Positions 28,408 to 36,847 are shown, counted from the first letter of the stretch. The stretch is 64,000 bases of DNA from Thermoanaerobaculia bacterium (GCA_046331465.1 JAXLQV010000003.1:1344420-1408419), one strand, 5' to 3'. The notes: generated from the sequence alone by a model not told the origin. Made by a program: numbers and translations.

Positions 28408-29541
28408 ATGACCACGCCGCTGTCGCGCCGCGACCTCCTCGCCGTCTCCGGCTCCGTCGCCGCCTCCGCCCTCCTCCCGCGCCTCGCCGAGGCCGCGGCT
28501 CCGGCTCCCGCCGCCGCGACCGCGGCGACGCTCGACCTCGCGCCGATGCTCCTGAAGCTCCGGCACACCTGGACGATCTCGCGAAACTCCTCGAACGAGA
28601 AGAAGAACGGCCTCCTGACGCTGACGGCGGGCGGGATCACCGGCTACGGCGAGACCGCGGCGAACGTCCGCTACGGCCAGAGCTGGGAGAGCGGCGAGGC
28701 GGCCTTCGCGAAGGTGAAGGCGGCCTGCGCGGGGCTCTCGCCGTGGGAGCACCTCGCCTGGCTCGAGCGGGCCGAGGAGGCCGCGGGGGGCGACTCGCAG
28801 GTCGTCGCGGCGCTCGACATGGCACTCTGGGACTGGAAGGGAAAGGCGGTCGGCCAGCCCGTCTGGAGGCTCCTCGGCATCCCGACGGGGCGGATGGCGC
28901 AGACGACGTTCTCGATCGGCATCGACACGGCCGAGGCGATGAAGGAGAAGGTGAAGGAGGCGGAGCCCTATCCCCTCCTGAAGGTGAAGGTCGGGCTCGC
29001 GAACGACGAGGAGAACGTCACGGCGATCCGCTCCGTCACGAAGAAGCCGATCCGCGTCGACGCGAACGAGGGGTGGAAGAGCGCCGAGGAGGCGCTGAAG
29101 AAGATCGCCTGGCTGAAGACGATGGGGATCGAGTTCGTCGAGCAGCCGCTCCCGGCGGCGAAGAACGCCGAGATGAAGGCGGTGAAGGCCGGGTCGGCCC
29201 TCCCGCTCGTCGCGGACGAGTCGGTCCTCCACGTGAAGGACGTCCCCTCGCTCGTCGGCCTCTTCGACGGCGTGAACGCCAAGCTCGCCAAGTGCGGCGG
29301 GATCACCCGCGCGTACGAGCTCGCCGCGCTCGGCCGGGCGCTCGGCTTCAAGCTGATGCTCGGCTGCATGATCGAGTCGTCGCTCGGCATCGCGGCGGCC
29401 GTCGCCGTCGCGCCGCTCTTCGACTGGCTCGACCTCGACGGGAACCTGCTCGTCGCGAACGACCCGTGGAAGGGGCTGACGCTGAAGGAGGGGCGCTGGG
29501 AGCTCCCGGCGGCGCCGGGCCTCGGCGTCGTGCCGGCCTGA
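28408..29541 (+). CDS. L-Ala-D/L-Glu (dipeptide) epimerase, enolase superfamily (YkfB/YcjG-like), with predicted Tat signal peptide
   Basis: ATG 28408; RRDLLAVSGSVAASALLPRLAEAAAPA Tat-type signal; MR/MLE fold with conserved KVK(V)G, D-x-N-E, E, D, K metal/base residues; 377 aa. Confidence 0.8.
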   Translation: MTTPLSRRDLLAVSGSVAASALLPRLAEAAAPAPAAATAATLDLAPMLLKLRHTWTISRNSSNEKKNGLLTLTAGGITGYGETAANVRYGQSWESGEAAFAKVKAACAGLSPWEHLAWLERAEEAAGGDSQVVAALDMALWDWKGKAVGQPVWRLLGIPTGRMAQTTFSIGIDTAEAMKEKVKEAEPYPLLKVKVGLANDEENVTAIRSVTKKPIRVDANEGWKSAEEALKKIAWLKTMGIEFVEQPLPAAKNAEMKAVKAGSALPLVADESVLHVKDVPSLVGLFDGVNAKLAKCGGITRAYELAALGRALGFKLMLGCMIESSLGIAAAVAVAPLFDWLDLDGNLLVANDPWKGLTLKEGRWELPAAPGLGVVPA

Positions 29542-29560
29542 CGGCACCCGCGACGGCCTC

Positions 29561-31177
29561 CTAGGGGGCCTCGTCCTCCTCCGGCGGCGGGACGAACGGG
29601 CGGAGCTTTTCCGCGAGCTCGAGACCGCGCCGGATCACCTCGTTCCAGGGGAAGAGGGCGCCGGGGTCGGGCTTGCGCCCGGGGGCGACGTGCTGGTGGC
29701 CGGCGATCCAGGGGGCCTCGAGGCCGAGCTGCGCCGTCAGGACGCCGACGACCCGCACGACCGTCTCGACCTGGGCGCGGGTGAAGGGATAGCGGTTTCC
29801 GTCGCCCGTGATCTCGACCCCGACCGAGTCGCGGTTCAGGACGGTGCGGCCGTGGAGGTCCGAGGAGCCCGCGTGCCACGCCCGGTGCTCGAGCGAGACG
29901 AACTGCCAGAGCCGGCCGCTCCTCCCGACGAGGAAGTGCGAGGAGACGAAGCTTGCCGGGTCGAGGAAGAGCGAGATGCACGTCTCGTCCTCGTCCATCG
30001 CGGTGTGGTGGAGGACGAGCGTGTCGAGCGGCCGGATCTTCTCGGGGTGCCACCCTTCCCAGAAGGAGTTCGGCATCGGGACCAGGCAGCCGTCGTTCGG
30101 GTCGCCGCCCGCCCTCTCCCAGAGCTCCCAGAAGAGGCGGTCCGCGGGGCGGAAGACGCGCTCGAGGCCGGGCGCACCTCCCCTCGCCTCGAGCGGCGTC
30201 ACCTCGAGGCGCGCGAGCGCCGGCGCGAGGGGCCGTTCCGCCGAGAGGTCGATGCGGGGGCGGTCGGGGAGGTCCCGCGACCACTCGTCGACGATCTCCC
30301 TCGCGATCTCGCCCATCGCGCGGTTCGCGCTCACGGCGGCGCCGGGCTTGGTCGGGATCCGGTCGGCGAACATCGCGAAGACGAACGTCCCCTTCGGCGT
30401 CGCGAGGACCCCCGAGTCGACCCTCACTCCGCTCATCGTCCCGGTCTTGCCGGCCCAGGAGGTCCCGGGGCGCGAGGCGAGGAGGCGCGGGATCCGGTCG
30501 GCCGTCCTCGGGTTCGCCGCGAGGCGCATCGCGACGCGGCTCGACTCCCTGTCGAGGAGCGTCCCGGTCGCGGCGCGACGCCAGAGCTCGGCGGTGTCGC
30601 GCGGCGTCATCCGGCCGAGGGGCTTCCAGGGGACGTCCTCCTCGGGGGAGCCGAGGTCGGGGATCCGCCCGACGAGCTCGATCCCGGCGAGCCCGAGCTC
30701 CGCCATGCGGCAGTTCACCGCCTCGGCGCCGAAGGCGTCAATGAAGTGGTTCGCGGCGGTGTTGTCCGAGAGCGCCATCATGAGACGCAGGAGGTCCCTC
30801 TCCGTCGGCGCGAGCCACGGCTCGAACTCGTCGAGGACCCCCGAGCCGGCGGCCACGGATCGGGGCGTCAGGCGCCAGCGCTGCTCGAGGTCGAGCGTCC
30901 CCTCGCGCTGCCGCGCGAGCGCCTCGACGAGGAGCGCGAGCTTGACGACGCTCGCCCCCTCGAACGTCTCCGTGTCCCGCCACCGGAGCTCCCGGCCGCT
31001 CTCGACGTGGAGGGCGACGATCCCCATCCGCGCGCCGCTCTCCTCCGCCCGCCGCGCGACGCGCCGGGCGAGCGTCTCGGACGCGGGGCGAACGGAGAGG
31101 CCCGGGGGTGGGGCGGTGGAGCAGGCGGCGAGGAGGAGGAGGAGCGCGGCGAGCGCCGCGGCCGGGCGGCAGGTCAC
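29561..31177 (-). CDS. Lipoprotein fusion: class-A beta-lactamase-like domain + N-acetylmuramoyl-L-alanine amidase (Amidase_2, AmpD/AmiD-like)
   Basis: GTG 31175-31177 overlapping GGDEF gene stop; lipobox LLLLLAACS; N-domain SVVK / SDNTAAN / KTGT class-A motifs; C-domain AmpD signature (HHTA...AWHAG...GVEI...GHQHVAPGRKPDPG). Confidence 0.8.
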   Translation of the reverse strand: MTCRPAAALAALLLLLAACSTAPPPGLSVRPASETLARRVARRAEESGARMGIVALHVESGRELRWRDTETFEGASVVKLALLVEALARQREGTLDLEQRWRLTPRSVAAGSGVLDEFEPWLAPTERDLLRLMMALSDNTAANHFIDAFGAEAVNCRMAELGLAGIELVGRIPDLGSPEEDVPWKPLGRMTPRDTAELWRRAATGTLLDRESSRVAMRLAANPRTADRIPRLLASRPGTSWAGKTGTMSGVRVDSGVLATPKGTFVFAMFADRIPTKPGAAVSANRAMGEIAREIVDEWSRDLPDRPRIDLSAERPLAPALARLEVTPLEARGGAPGLERVFRPADRLFWELWERAGGDPNDGCLVPMPNSFWEGWHPEKIRPLDTLVLHHTAMDEDETCISLFLDPASFVSSHFLVGRSGRLWQFVSLEHRAWHAGSSDLHGRTVLNRDSVGVEITGDGNRYPFTRAQVETVVRVVGVLTAQLGLEAPWIAGHQHVAPGRKPDPGALFPWNEVIRRGLELAEKLRPFVPPPEEDEAP

Positions 31178-32967
31178 GCGGGGGCGTCCTCCTCGGGCGG
31201 GGCGGAGACGATCCGGTTCTTGCCGGTCGTCTTCGCCTCGTAGAGCGCGGCGTCGGCGCGCTTGACGACCACGTCCGCGTGCGGCGCGGCGGGGTGGGTC
31301 GTCGTCGCGACGCCGGCGCTGATCGTGACCTGGAGGCGGAGCCGCTCGGCGGCGCTCCCGTCGCCCGCCGGGAAGCGCGGGAGGTCGTAGAAGGCGTCCG
31401 TCTCGACGGCGTGGCGGATCCGCTCGGCGACGATCGCGGCGCCCGCGGCGTCGGTGTCGGGGAGGACGGCCAGGAACTCCTCGCCCCCCCAGCGCCCGAC
31501 GAGGTCGCAGGAGCGGAGCGCGGAGCGGAGGACGAGCGCCGTCCGCCGGAGCATCTCGTCGCCCGTGTGGTGGCCGTGCTCGTCGTTGAAGACCGAGAAG
31601 TCGTCGATGTCGATCATGACGACGGAGAGGGGCGGCGCCGGCCGCATCTCCTCGGCCTCCCCCCGGGAGAGGGCGAAGGCGCCGGAACGCCGGCGGAGCC
31701 GCTCCCACTCGCGCGCCAGCGCCTCCTCCGTGGCGCGCCGGTTCGGCAGGCCGGTCAGGTAGTCGGTCCTCGCGGAGGTGACGAGCGTCGTCACGTCGTG
31801 GAACGTCGCGAGCTGGAGGAGCCCGGAGGGGAGCCGGACGGCCCGGATCGCCATCTGCACGTCCCTCCGCTCGCCGCCCGGCAGGGCGAGCGCCGTCTCG
31901 AACGCCTCGGGCGACGCCGAGGCGAGGAGCCGCGCGAGGCGCGCCCGCTCGGGGGGCGGGACGAGCTCGAGGAAGAGCCGGCGCCCGACGAGCTCGGCCC
32001 GCGTCGTCCCGGCGAGGCGGACCGCCGCGTCGTTGGCGTGGACGACGAACCCGTCGCGGAGCGTCACGAGGGCCTGCCCGGCGTCGGAGAGCGCCTCCAT
32101 GAGCGCCGTCTTCTCGAGGAGCTCGGCACGGCGGCGCGCCTCCTCGCGTCCCCGCTGGAGCGCCTGGCCCACCAGCGGGGCGAGCGTCCCGAGGAGCTCG
32201 GCGTCGGCCGCGTCGTGCTCGACGCCTCCCGAGGCCCAGACGACGAGGGCGCCGAGGTCCGCGCCGAGCGGGGCGCCGAGCCACGAGGTCGACGGGACCG
32301 GAGCGGAGGCGAGCCGGCCCGCGGCCCGCTCCGCCTCCCAGGCCGCGGGACCGAGGCTGGCCGGCTCCCCGTCCGCGAGGATCCGCCCGGCCACGGCCCA
32401 CATCGCGTCCCGCACGTCCTCCCCGAGGCTCTCGGGAGCCGAGTAGAGGAGCTCGACGCGCGCCGTCTCGGGGTCGAGGCCGACGACGGCGAAGCAGGGC
32501 GCCGGGACGAGCCGCGCGAGGAGCGCGTGCGCGACCGGGAAGAGCTCGGCCGGCGACGGCGACTCGCGGACGCTCCGGAGGAGCGCGAGGAGGCAGTCGT
32601 GGACGGCCGCCGCCCGCCGCTCCGCCGTCACGTCGCGCGCCGCGACGGCGAGCCCTCCCGCCGTCGGCGAGAGAGAGAGCTCGGCGAAGAAGATCGACCC
32701 GTCGACCCGGCGGTGCCGGACGACGCCCTGGAACCCCTCCGCGAGCGGTTCCGGGAGGGGGGGCGGCGCCCCCGGCCGGGAAACGACGAGGTCGCGGAGG
32801 AGGACGTTCCCGAGGGAGCCGTCGGGAGCCCCGTGCAGCGCGTGGAACGCCGCGTTCGCCCACGTGATGCGGCCCGAAGCGTCCGCGACGGCGAGTGCCG
32901 TCCCGGCCGCGGCGAAGGCGCGCGCGAAGACCTCTCCCGCCGTCATCGTTCCGTTCGTCGCGAGCAT
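31174..32967 (-). CDS. Diguanylate cyclase (GGDEF) with N-terminal PAS/GAF-type sensor domains
   Basis: 597 aa; RWGGEEF active-site motif, I-site-like RxxD; stop overlaps downstream amidase start. Confidence 0.8.
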   Translation of the reverse strand: MLATNGTMTAGEVFARAFAAAGTALAVADASGRITWANAAFHALHGAPDGSLGNVLLRDLVVSRPGAPPPLPEPLAEGFQGVVRHRRVDGSIFFAELSLSPTAGGLAVAARDVTAERRAAAVHDCLLALLRSVRESPSPAELFPVAHALLARLVPAPCFAVVGLDPETARVELLYSAPESLGEDVRDAMWAVAGRILADGEPASLGPAAWEAERAAGRLASAPVPSTSWLGAPLGADLGALVVWASGGVEHDAADAELLGTLAPLVGQALQRGREEARRRAELLEKTALMEALSDAGQALVTLRDGFVVHANDAAVRLAGTTRAELVGRRLFLELVPPPERARLARLLASASPEAFETALALPGGERRDVQMAIRAVRLPSGLLQLATFHDVTTLVTSARTDYLTGLPNRRATEEALAREWERLRRRSGAFALSRGEAEEMRPAPPLSVVMIDIDDFSVFNDEHGHHTGDEMLRRTALVLRSALRSCDLVGRWGGEEFLAVLPDTDAAGAAIVAERIRHAVETDAFYDLPRFPAGDGSAAERLRLQVTISAGVATTTHPAAPHADVVVKRADAALYEAKTTGKNRIVSAPPEEDAPA

Positions 32968-33011
32968 TCCCCAAAAGGATACGGCGTCCGGCGGGCAGAC
33001 GGTTCACTAGA

Positions 33012-34154
33012 ATGAATGGGTTGACGGCCGAGACACCTCCCTCCCCGGTCCCCTCCGGCCGGCTCGCCGCCCTCGACCTCTTCCGGGGCGCGACGGTGGC
33101 CGCGATGCTCTTCGTGAACAACCCGGGGAGCTGGTCGCACATCCTGCCGCCGTTCGAGCACGCCGAGTGGAACGGCTGCACCCCGACGGACCTCGTCTTC
33201 CCGTTCTTCCTCTTCATCGTCGGCACGGCCTCGGTCCTCTCGCTCGGGAAGCGCGCCGCTCAGGGGGCGAGCCGCGGGGCGCTCGCGCGGCACGCGGTGC
33301 GGCGGGGCGCGACGATCGTCCTCGTCGGCTGGGCGCTCACCGCCTTCCCGTTCAACCTGCAGCGTCTCCTGCACCTCCGGATCCCGGGCGTCCTCCCGCG
33401 CATCGGGGTCGTCTACGCGCTCGGCGCGCTGCTCCTCGTCGCCGCGCCGGTGCGCCGGAAGGCCCTCTTCCTCGGACTCGCCACGGCGCTCCTCCTCGCC
33501 CTCCACACGGCGCTCCTCTCCCTGCCGGGCTACGACCTGACGATCGAGGGGAACCTCCAGACGGCGATCGACCTCGCGCTCCTGAAGGGGCACCTCTGGA
33601 AGAAGGCGTGGGACCCGGAGGGGGTCCTCTCCACGCTGACCGCCCTCGCGACGATGCTGACGGGAGCGCTCACCGGGCTCCTCCTGACGTCGAAGGCCTC
33701 CCTGAAGGAGCGGCTCGCCGGCCTCGGCGCCGCGGGAGCCGCGGGCGTCGCGGCTGGGCTCGCGTGGCAGGCGCTCGGCCTCCCGCTCAACAAGGGGCTC
33801 TGGACCGGCTCCTACGTCCTCTTCACCTCGGGCGCGGCGTGCCTCTCTCTCCTCGCCGCGATCGCCGTCGTCGACCTCCTCGGCGTGAGGAGGCCCTTCG
33901 CCCCGCTCTTCACGTTCGGGACGAACCCGCTCCTCGCGTTCGTCCTCTCGGGCCTCCTCGCGAAGATCCTCGGCATGGTGAAGGTGGCCGGGGCGGACGG
34001 CCGCGTGTCGCTCACCTCGTTCCTCTACGAGCGGGTCTTCCTCCGCGTCGGCGACCCGTACCTCGCCTCGCATCTCCAGGCGCTCGCGTTCCTCGCGGTC
34101 ATCTGGGCGGTCCTCCGGTACTGCGAGAGGCGCGGCTGGTACTGGAAGGTCTGA
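33012..34154 (+). CDS. DUF1624 / HGSNAT-like (heparan-alpha-glucosaminide N-acetyltransferase catalytic-domain-like; NagX-like) multi-pass membrane acyltransferase family protein
   Basis: ATG 33012; LDLFRG motif near N-terminus, ~10 TM helices, typical of acyltransferase-3/DUF1624 NagX-like proteins found in amino-sugar loci. Confidence 0.65.
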   Translation: MNGLTAETPPSPVPSGRLAALDLFRGATVAAMLFVNNPGSWSHILPPFEHAEWNGCTPTDLVFPFFLFIVGTASVLSLGKRAAQGASRGALARHAVRRGATIVLVGWALTAFPFNLQRLLHLRIPGVLPRIGVVYALGALLLVAAPVRRKALFLGLATALLLALHTALLSLPGYDLTIEGNLQTAIDLALLKGHLWKKAWDPEGVLSTLTALATMLTGALTGLLLTSKASLKERLAGLGAAGAAGVAAGLAWQALGLPLNKGLWTGSYVLFTSGAACLSLLAAIAVVDLLGVRRPFAPLFTFGTNPLLAFVLSGLLAKILGMVKVAGADGRVSLTSFLYERVFLRVGDPYLASHLQALAFLAVIWAVLRYCERRGWYWKV

Positions 34155-34155
34155 C

Positions 34156-35157
34156 TCAGCCGGAGGCGAGGAGCCGGCGCGGCGTCTCCGAGGCGGCGTG
34201 CCGCGCCTCGTCGAACGTCGCCGCGCCGCAGGCAGCGAGCCTCTCCACGCAGTCGTCGAGGAGGGCGACGCTCCCCGCGAGGCCGCCCGAGGCGTTCCGG
34301 ACGGCCCCGGCGGAGACCGTGAGCGTCTCGCCCCAGACGGAGTAGTCCCCGTCGGCGAGGCCGGCGCAGGGCGCCGCGTCGCTGATCAGGACGAACCCCT
34401 CCGGCCCCTTGCAGCGCCGGACGAGGGCGAGCATCTCGGGGGAGAGGTGGTGGAGGTCGGCGATGACGTCGACCGTCGCGCCGTCGCGGAGGAGCCCCCA
34501 GCCGACCGGACCGGCGTCGCGGTGGTGGAGCGGCTTCATCGCGTTGCCGAAGTGGGTCATGTGCCGGGCGCCGCGCGCGAGCGCCGCGTCGAGCGTCGCG
34601 ACGTCGGCCTCGGTGTGGCCGAGGGCGACGACGAAGCCGCGGCGGACGAACGCCGAGACGAGGTCGAGGCCCCCCGGGATCTCGGGGGCCATCGTGACGA
34701 CGGGGCGGCCGGGGAGCTCGCCGACGGCGTCGAAGAACGCGTCGACGACCCGCGGGTCGCACCCGTCGAGGAGGCACGCGCGGTGGAGGGCGCCCGAGCG
34801 GTTCGGCGAGACGAACGGCCCCTCGAGGTGGATCCCGAGCGGCATCGCGCCGCGCCCGTCCCCCTCGCTCCGCGAGCGGACCCACGCGGAGAGGCGCGCG
34901 AGGAGCGGCGCGAGGTCGCCGAGGGGGACCGGGACGAGCGTCGGGACGAAGCCGGTCACGCCGCGCGCCTCGAGGCCGAGGGCGAGGCGGTCGAGCTCGG
35001 CCTCGCCCGCGGTCAGGACGTCGACGCCGAAGGCGCCGTGGATGTGGAGGTCGACGAGGCCGGCGGCGCTCAGGACGGCTCCTCCTCGAGGGCGCGTGCG
35101 ACGTTGCCGTTCCGCGCGGCGATCCACTCGCGCGCCTTCTCGAGAGGGAGGCTCCAC
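34156..35157 (-). CDS. nagA: N-acetylglucosamine-6-phosphate deacetylase (NagA), short-N-terminus variant; start uncertain (GTG 35157 or 35127)
   Basis: Metal-binding DLHIHG...HLEGP...HTEA...HFGNAM...D motifs of amidohydrolase NagA; N-terminal ~25 aa Arg-rich and overlaps murQ 3' end. Confidence 0.75.
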   Translation of the reverse strand: MEPPSREGARVDRRAERQRRTRPRGGAVLSAAGLVDLHIHGAFGVDVLTAGEAELDRLALGLEARGVTGFVPTLVPVPLGDLAPLLARLSAWVRSRSEGDGRGAMPLGIHLEGPFVSPNRSGALHRACLLDGCDPRVVDAFFDAVGELPGRPVVTMAPEIPGGLDLVSAFVRRGFVVALGHTEADVATLDAALARGARHMTHFGNAMKPLHHRDAGPVGWGLLRDGATVDVIADLHHLSPEMLALVRRCKGPEGFVLISDAAPCAGLADGDYSVWGETLTVSAGAVRNASGGLAGSVALLDDCVERLAACGAATFDEARHAASETPRRLLASG

Positions 35158-35915
35158 CGCTCCGAGACGAGTGCCAGGGGGAGCTCCCAGTCGGCCTTAA
35201 CGAGGAGCCGCTCGGCGGGCTCGGGGGGGAGCGCGAGGAGGCGGCCGAGGATGTCGATCGCGCGCCGCTTCAGCTTCGCGTTCGTCGGGCGCATCGCGAC
35301 CATCTCGCCCCGCCAGACGAGGCCGCGCCGCGCCATGACGGCCGTCGAGAGCATGTTGAGGACGAGCTTCTGCGCCGTCCCCGCCTTCATCCGCGTCGAG
35401 CCGCGGAGCACCTCGGGCCCCGTCTCGACGACGAGGGCGAGGTCGGCGATCGACGCGAGCCGCGAGCCGGGCACGCCGACGAGGGCGACCGCGAGCGCCC
35501 CGATTCCCTTCCCCCAGCGGAGCGCGCCGGCGACGTACGGCGTCGCGCCGCTCGCGGCGATCCCGAGGACGACGTCGCGCGCCGTGACGCCCGCCATCTT
35601 CACGTCCTCGGCCCCCTGCGCCTCGTCGTCCTCCGCCCCCTCGACGGCGTGGACGAGCGCCTCGCTTCCGCCGGCGACGATCCCGGTGACGAGGCGGGGG
35701 GGGACGCCGAAGGTCGGCGGGAGCTCCGAGGCGTCGAGGACGCCGAGCCGTCCGCTCGTCCCGGCGCCGGCGTTGATCCACTTCCCGCCGGCGTCGAGGC
35801 GCGCGGCGATCTCGTCGGCGGCGTGCGCGACCTCCGGGAGGATCCTCCCGACGGCGCGGACCGCCTCCAGGTCGGCCTCGTGGATCGCCGCGAGGAGGGC
35901 GAGCGTGTCGGTCAA
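35070..35915 (-). CDS. murQ: N-acetylmuramic acid 6-phosphate etherase MurQ (SIS domain)
   Basis: 281 aa; near-identical core motifs to E. coli MurQ (GAGTSGRLGVLDASELPPTFGV, HAVEGAEDD, RMKAGTAQKLVLNMLST); ATG overlaps kinase stop. Confidence 0.9.
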   Translation of the reverse strand: MTDTLALLAAIHEADLEAVRAVGRILPEVAHAADEIAARLDAGGKWINAGAGTSGRLGVLDASELPPTFGVPPRLVTGIVAGGSEALVHAVEGAEDDEAQGAEDVKMAGVTARDVVLGIAASGATPYVAGALRWGKGIGALAVALVGVPGSRLASIADLALVVETGPEVLRGSTRMKAGTAQKLVLNMLSTAVMARRGLVWRGEMVAMRPTNAKLKRRAIDILGRLLALPPEPAERLLVKADWELPLALVSERWSLPLEKAREWIAARNGNVARALEEEPS

Positions 35916-36847
35916 GGCGTCCCCTCGGCGAGGGCGAGCCGGATCGCGCCGATCTCCGGGACGTGCGCGGGCGGACCGAGGCGCGCCCGCGGCGCGCCCG
36001 CGAGGAGCCGCTCGCGCAGCGGGGCGAGGACGAGCTCGCCCGCGACGAAGACGCCGCCGACGGTCGCCACCGTCACCTCGTCCTGCGCGATGCCGAGCTT
36101 GCGGAGGACGGTGAGCGACGTGAGCGCGAGCTCGCCCGCCGCCCAGCGGAGGATCTCGAGGGCGATCCCGTCGCCGTCCCGGGCGGCGTCGAGGACGACC
36201 GGGAAGTAGGCCGCCACGTCGGTCGGCCCCGCGTCGGGACGGAAGAGCCTCCGCACCATCTCGACGGCCGACCGCGTCCCCTCCGTCGAGTGGAGCCCCT
36301 CGCGCATCTTCGTCCGCGGTCCGCGCCCGTCGACGTCGCGCGCGACGGCGGCGAGGCCGCGCCGCGCGATTTCGGAGGCGGAGCCCTCGTCGCCGATGAG
36401 CGCGCCCCAGCCGCCCGCCCGCTCCTCGAGGCCGTGGGAGTTCCGGCCGAAGCAGATCGCCCCCGTCCCCGCGATGAGGACGGCGCCCGAGTCGGCGACC
36501 GGGTCGCGGAGCGCCCCGGCGAGCGCGATCCGCGCGTCCGTCGTGACCCGGATCCTGCCGGCGCCGTAGACGGCCTCGAGCGCCGAGACGAGGCGCCCCT
36601 TCATCGCCGACGCCTCGACGCCGGCGAGGCCGCAGGAGACGACGGCGACGTCGGCGCGCGCCGCACCGGCCGCCTCGAGGGCATCGTCGACGGCCTCCGT
36701 GACGGACTGGACGAGGCGCGGGACGGGGACGGTCGAGGCGTTCGCGGGGCCCGACGCGCCGCGGCCGAGGGCGAGGAGGTCGGAGGCGGTGACGACGGCG
36801 CGGGTCCGGGTGCCGCCGCCGTCGACGCCGACGTAGAGGCTGGGCAT
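35912..36847 (-). CDS. BadF/BadG/BcrA/BcrD-type ATPase family sugar kinase, predicted N-acetylglucosamine/N-acetylmuramic acid kinase (MurK/NagK-like)
   Basis: ATG 36845-36847; LYVGVDGGGTRTR phosphate-1 motif; ASKHA fold; genomic coupling to murQ. Confidence 0.75.
   Translation of the reverse strand: MPSLYVGVDGGGTRTRAVVTASDLLALGRGASGPANASTVPVPRLVQSVTEAVDDALEAAGAARADVAVVSCGLAGVEASAMKGRLVSALEAVYGAGRIRVTTDARIALAGALRDPVADSGAVLIAGTGAICFGRNSHGLEERAGGWGALIGDEGSASEIARRGLAAVARDVDGRGPRTKMREGLHSTEGTRSAVEMVRRLFRPDAGPTDVAAYFPVVLDAARDGDGIALEILRWAAGELALTSLTVLRKLGIAQDEVTVATVGGVFVAGELVLAPLRERLLAGAPRARLGPPAHVPEIGAIRLALAEGTP

Noticed and set aside
31130-31180. Apparent 1-nt disagreement between my manual base count in the printed sequence around 31140 and the frames in the ORF track (protein LLLLL vs SSSS in my hand translation)
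   Set aside because: Most likely my own miscount of a ggagga run. I used ORF-track coordinates and frames for all gene boundaries, so individual hand-derived positions may be off by about 1 nt in that stretch.
29561-34073. Middle part of ORF 29561..33226(-), ORFs 31108..33015(+), 32943..34073(-), 29690..31243(+), 29808..31265(+)
   Set aside because: Off-frame overlaps of the amidase-fusion, GGDEF and acyltransferase genes. The real amidase gene starts at the GTG that overlaps the GGDEF stop.
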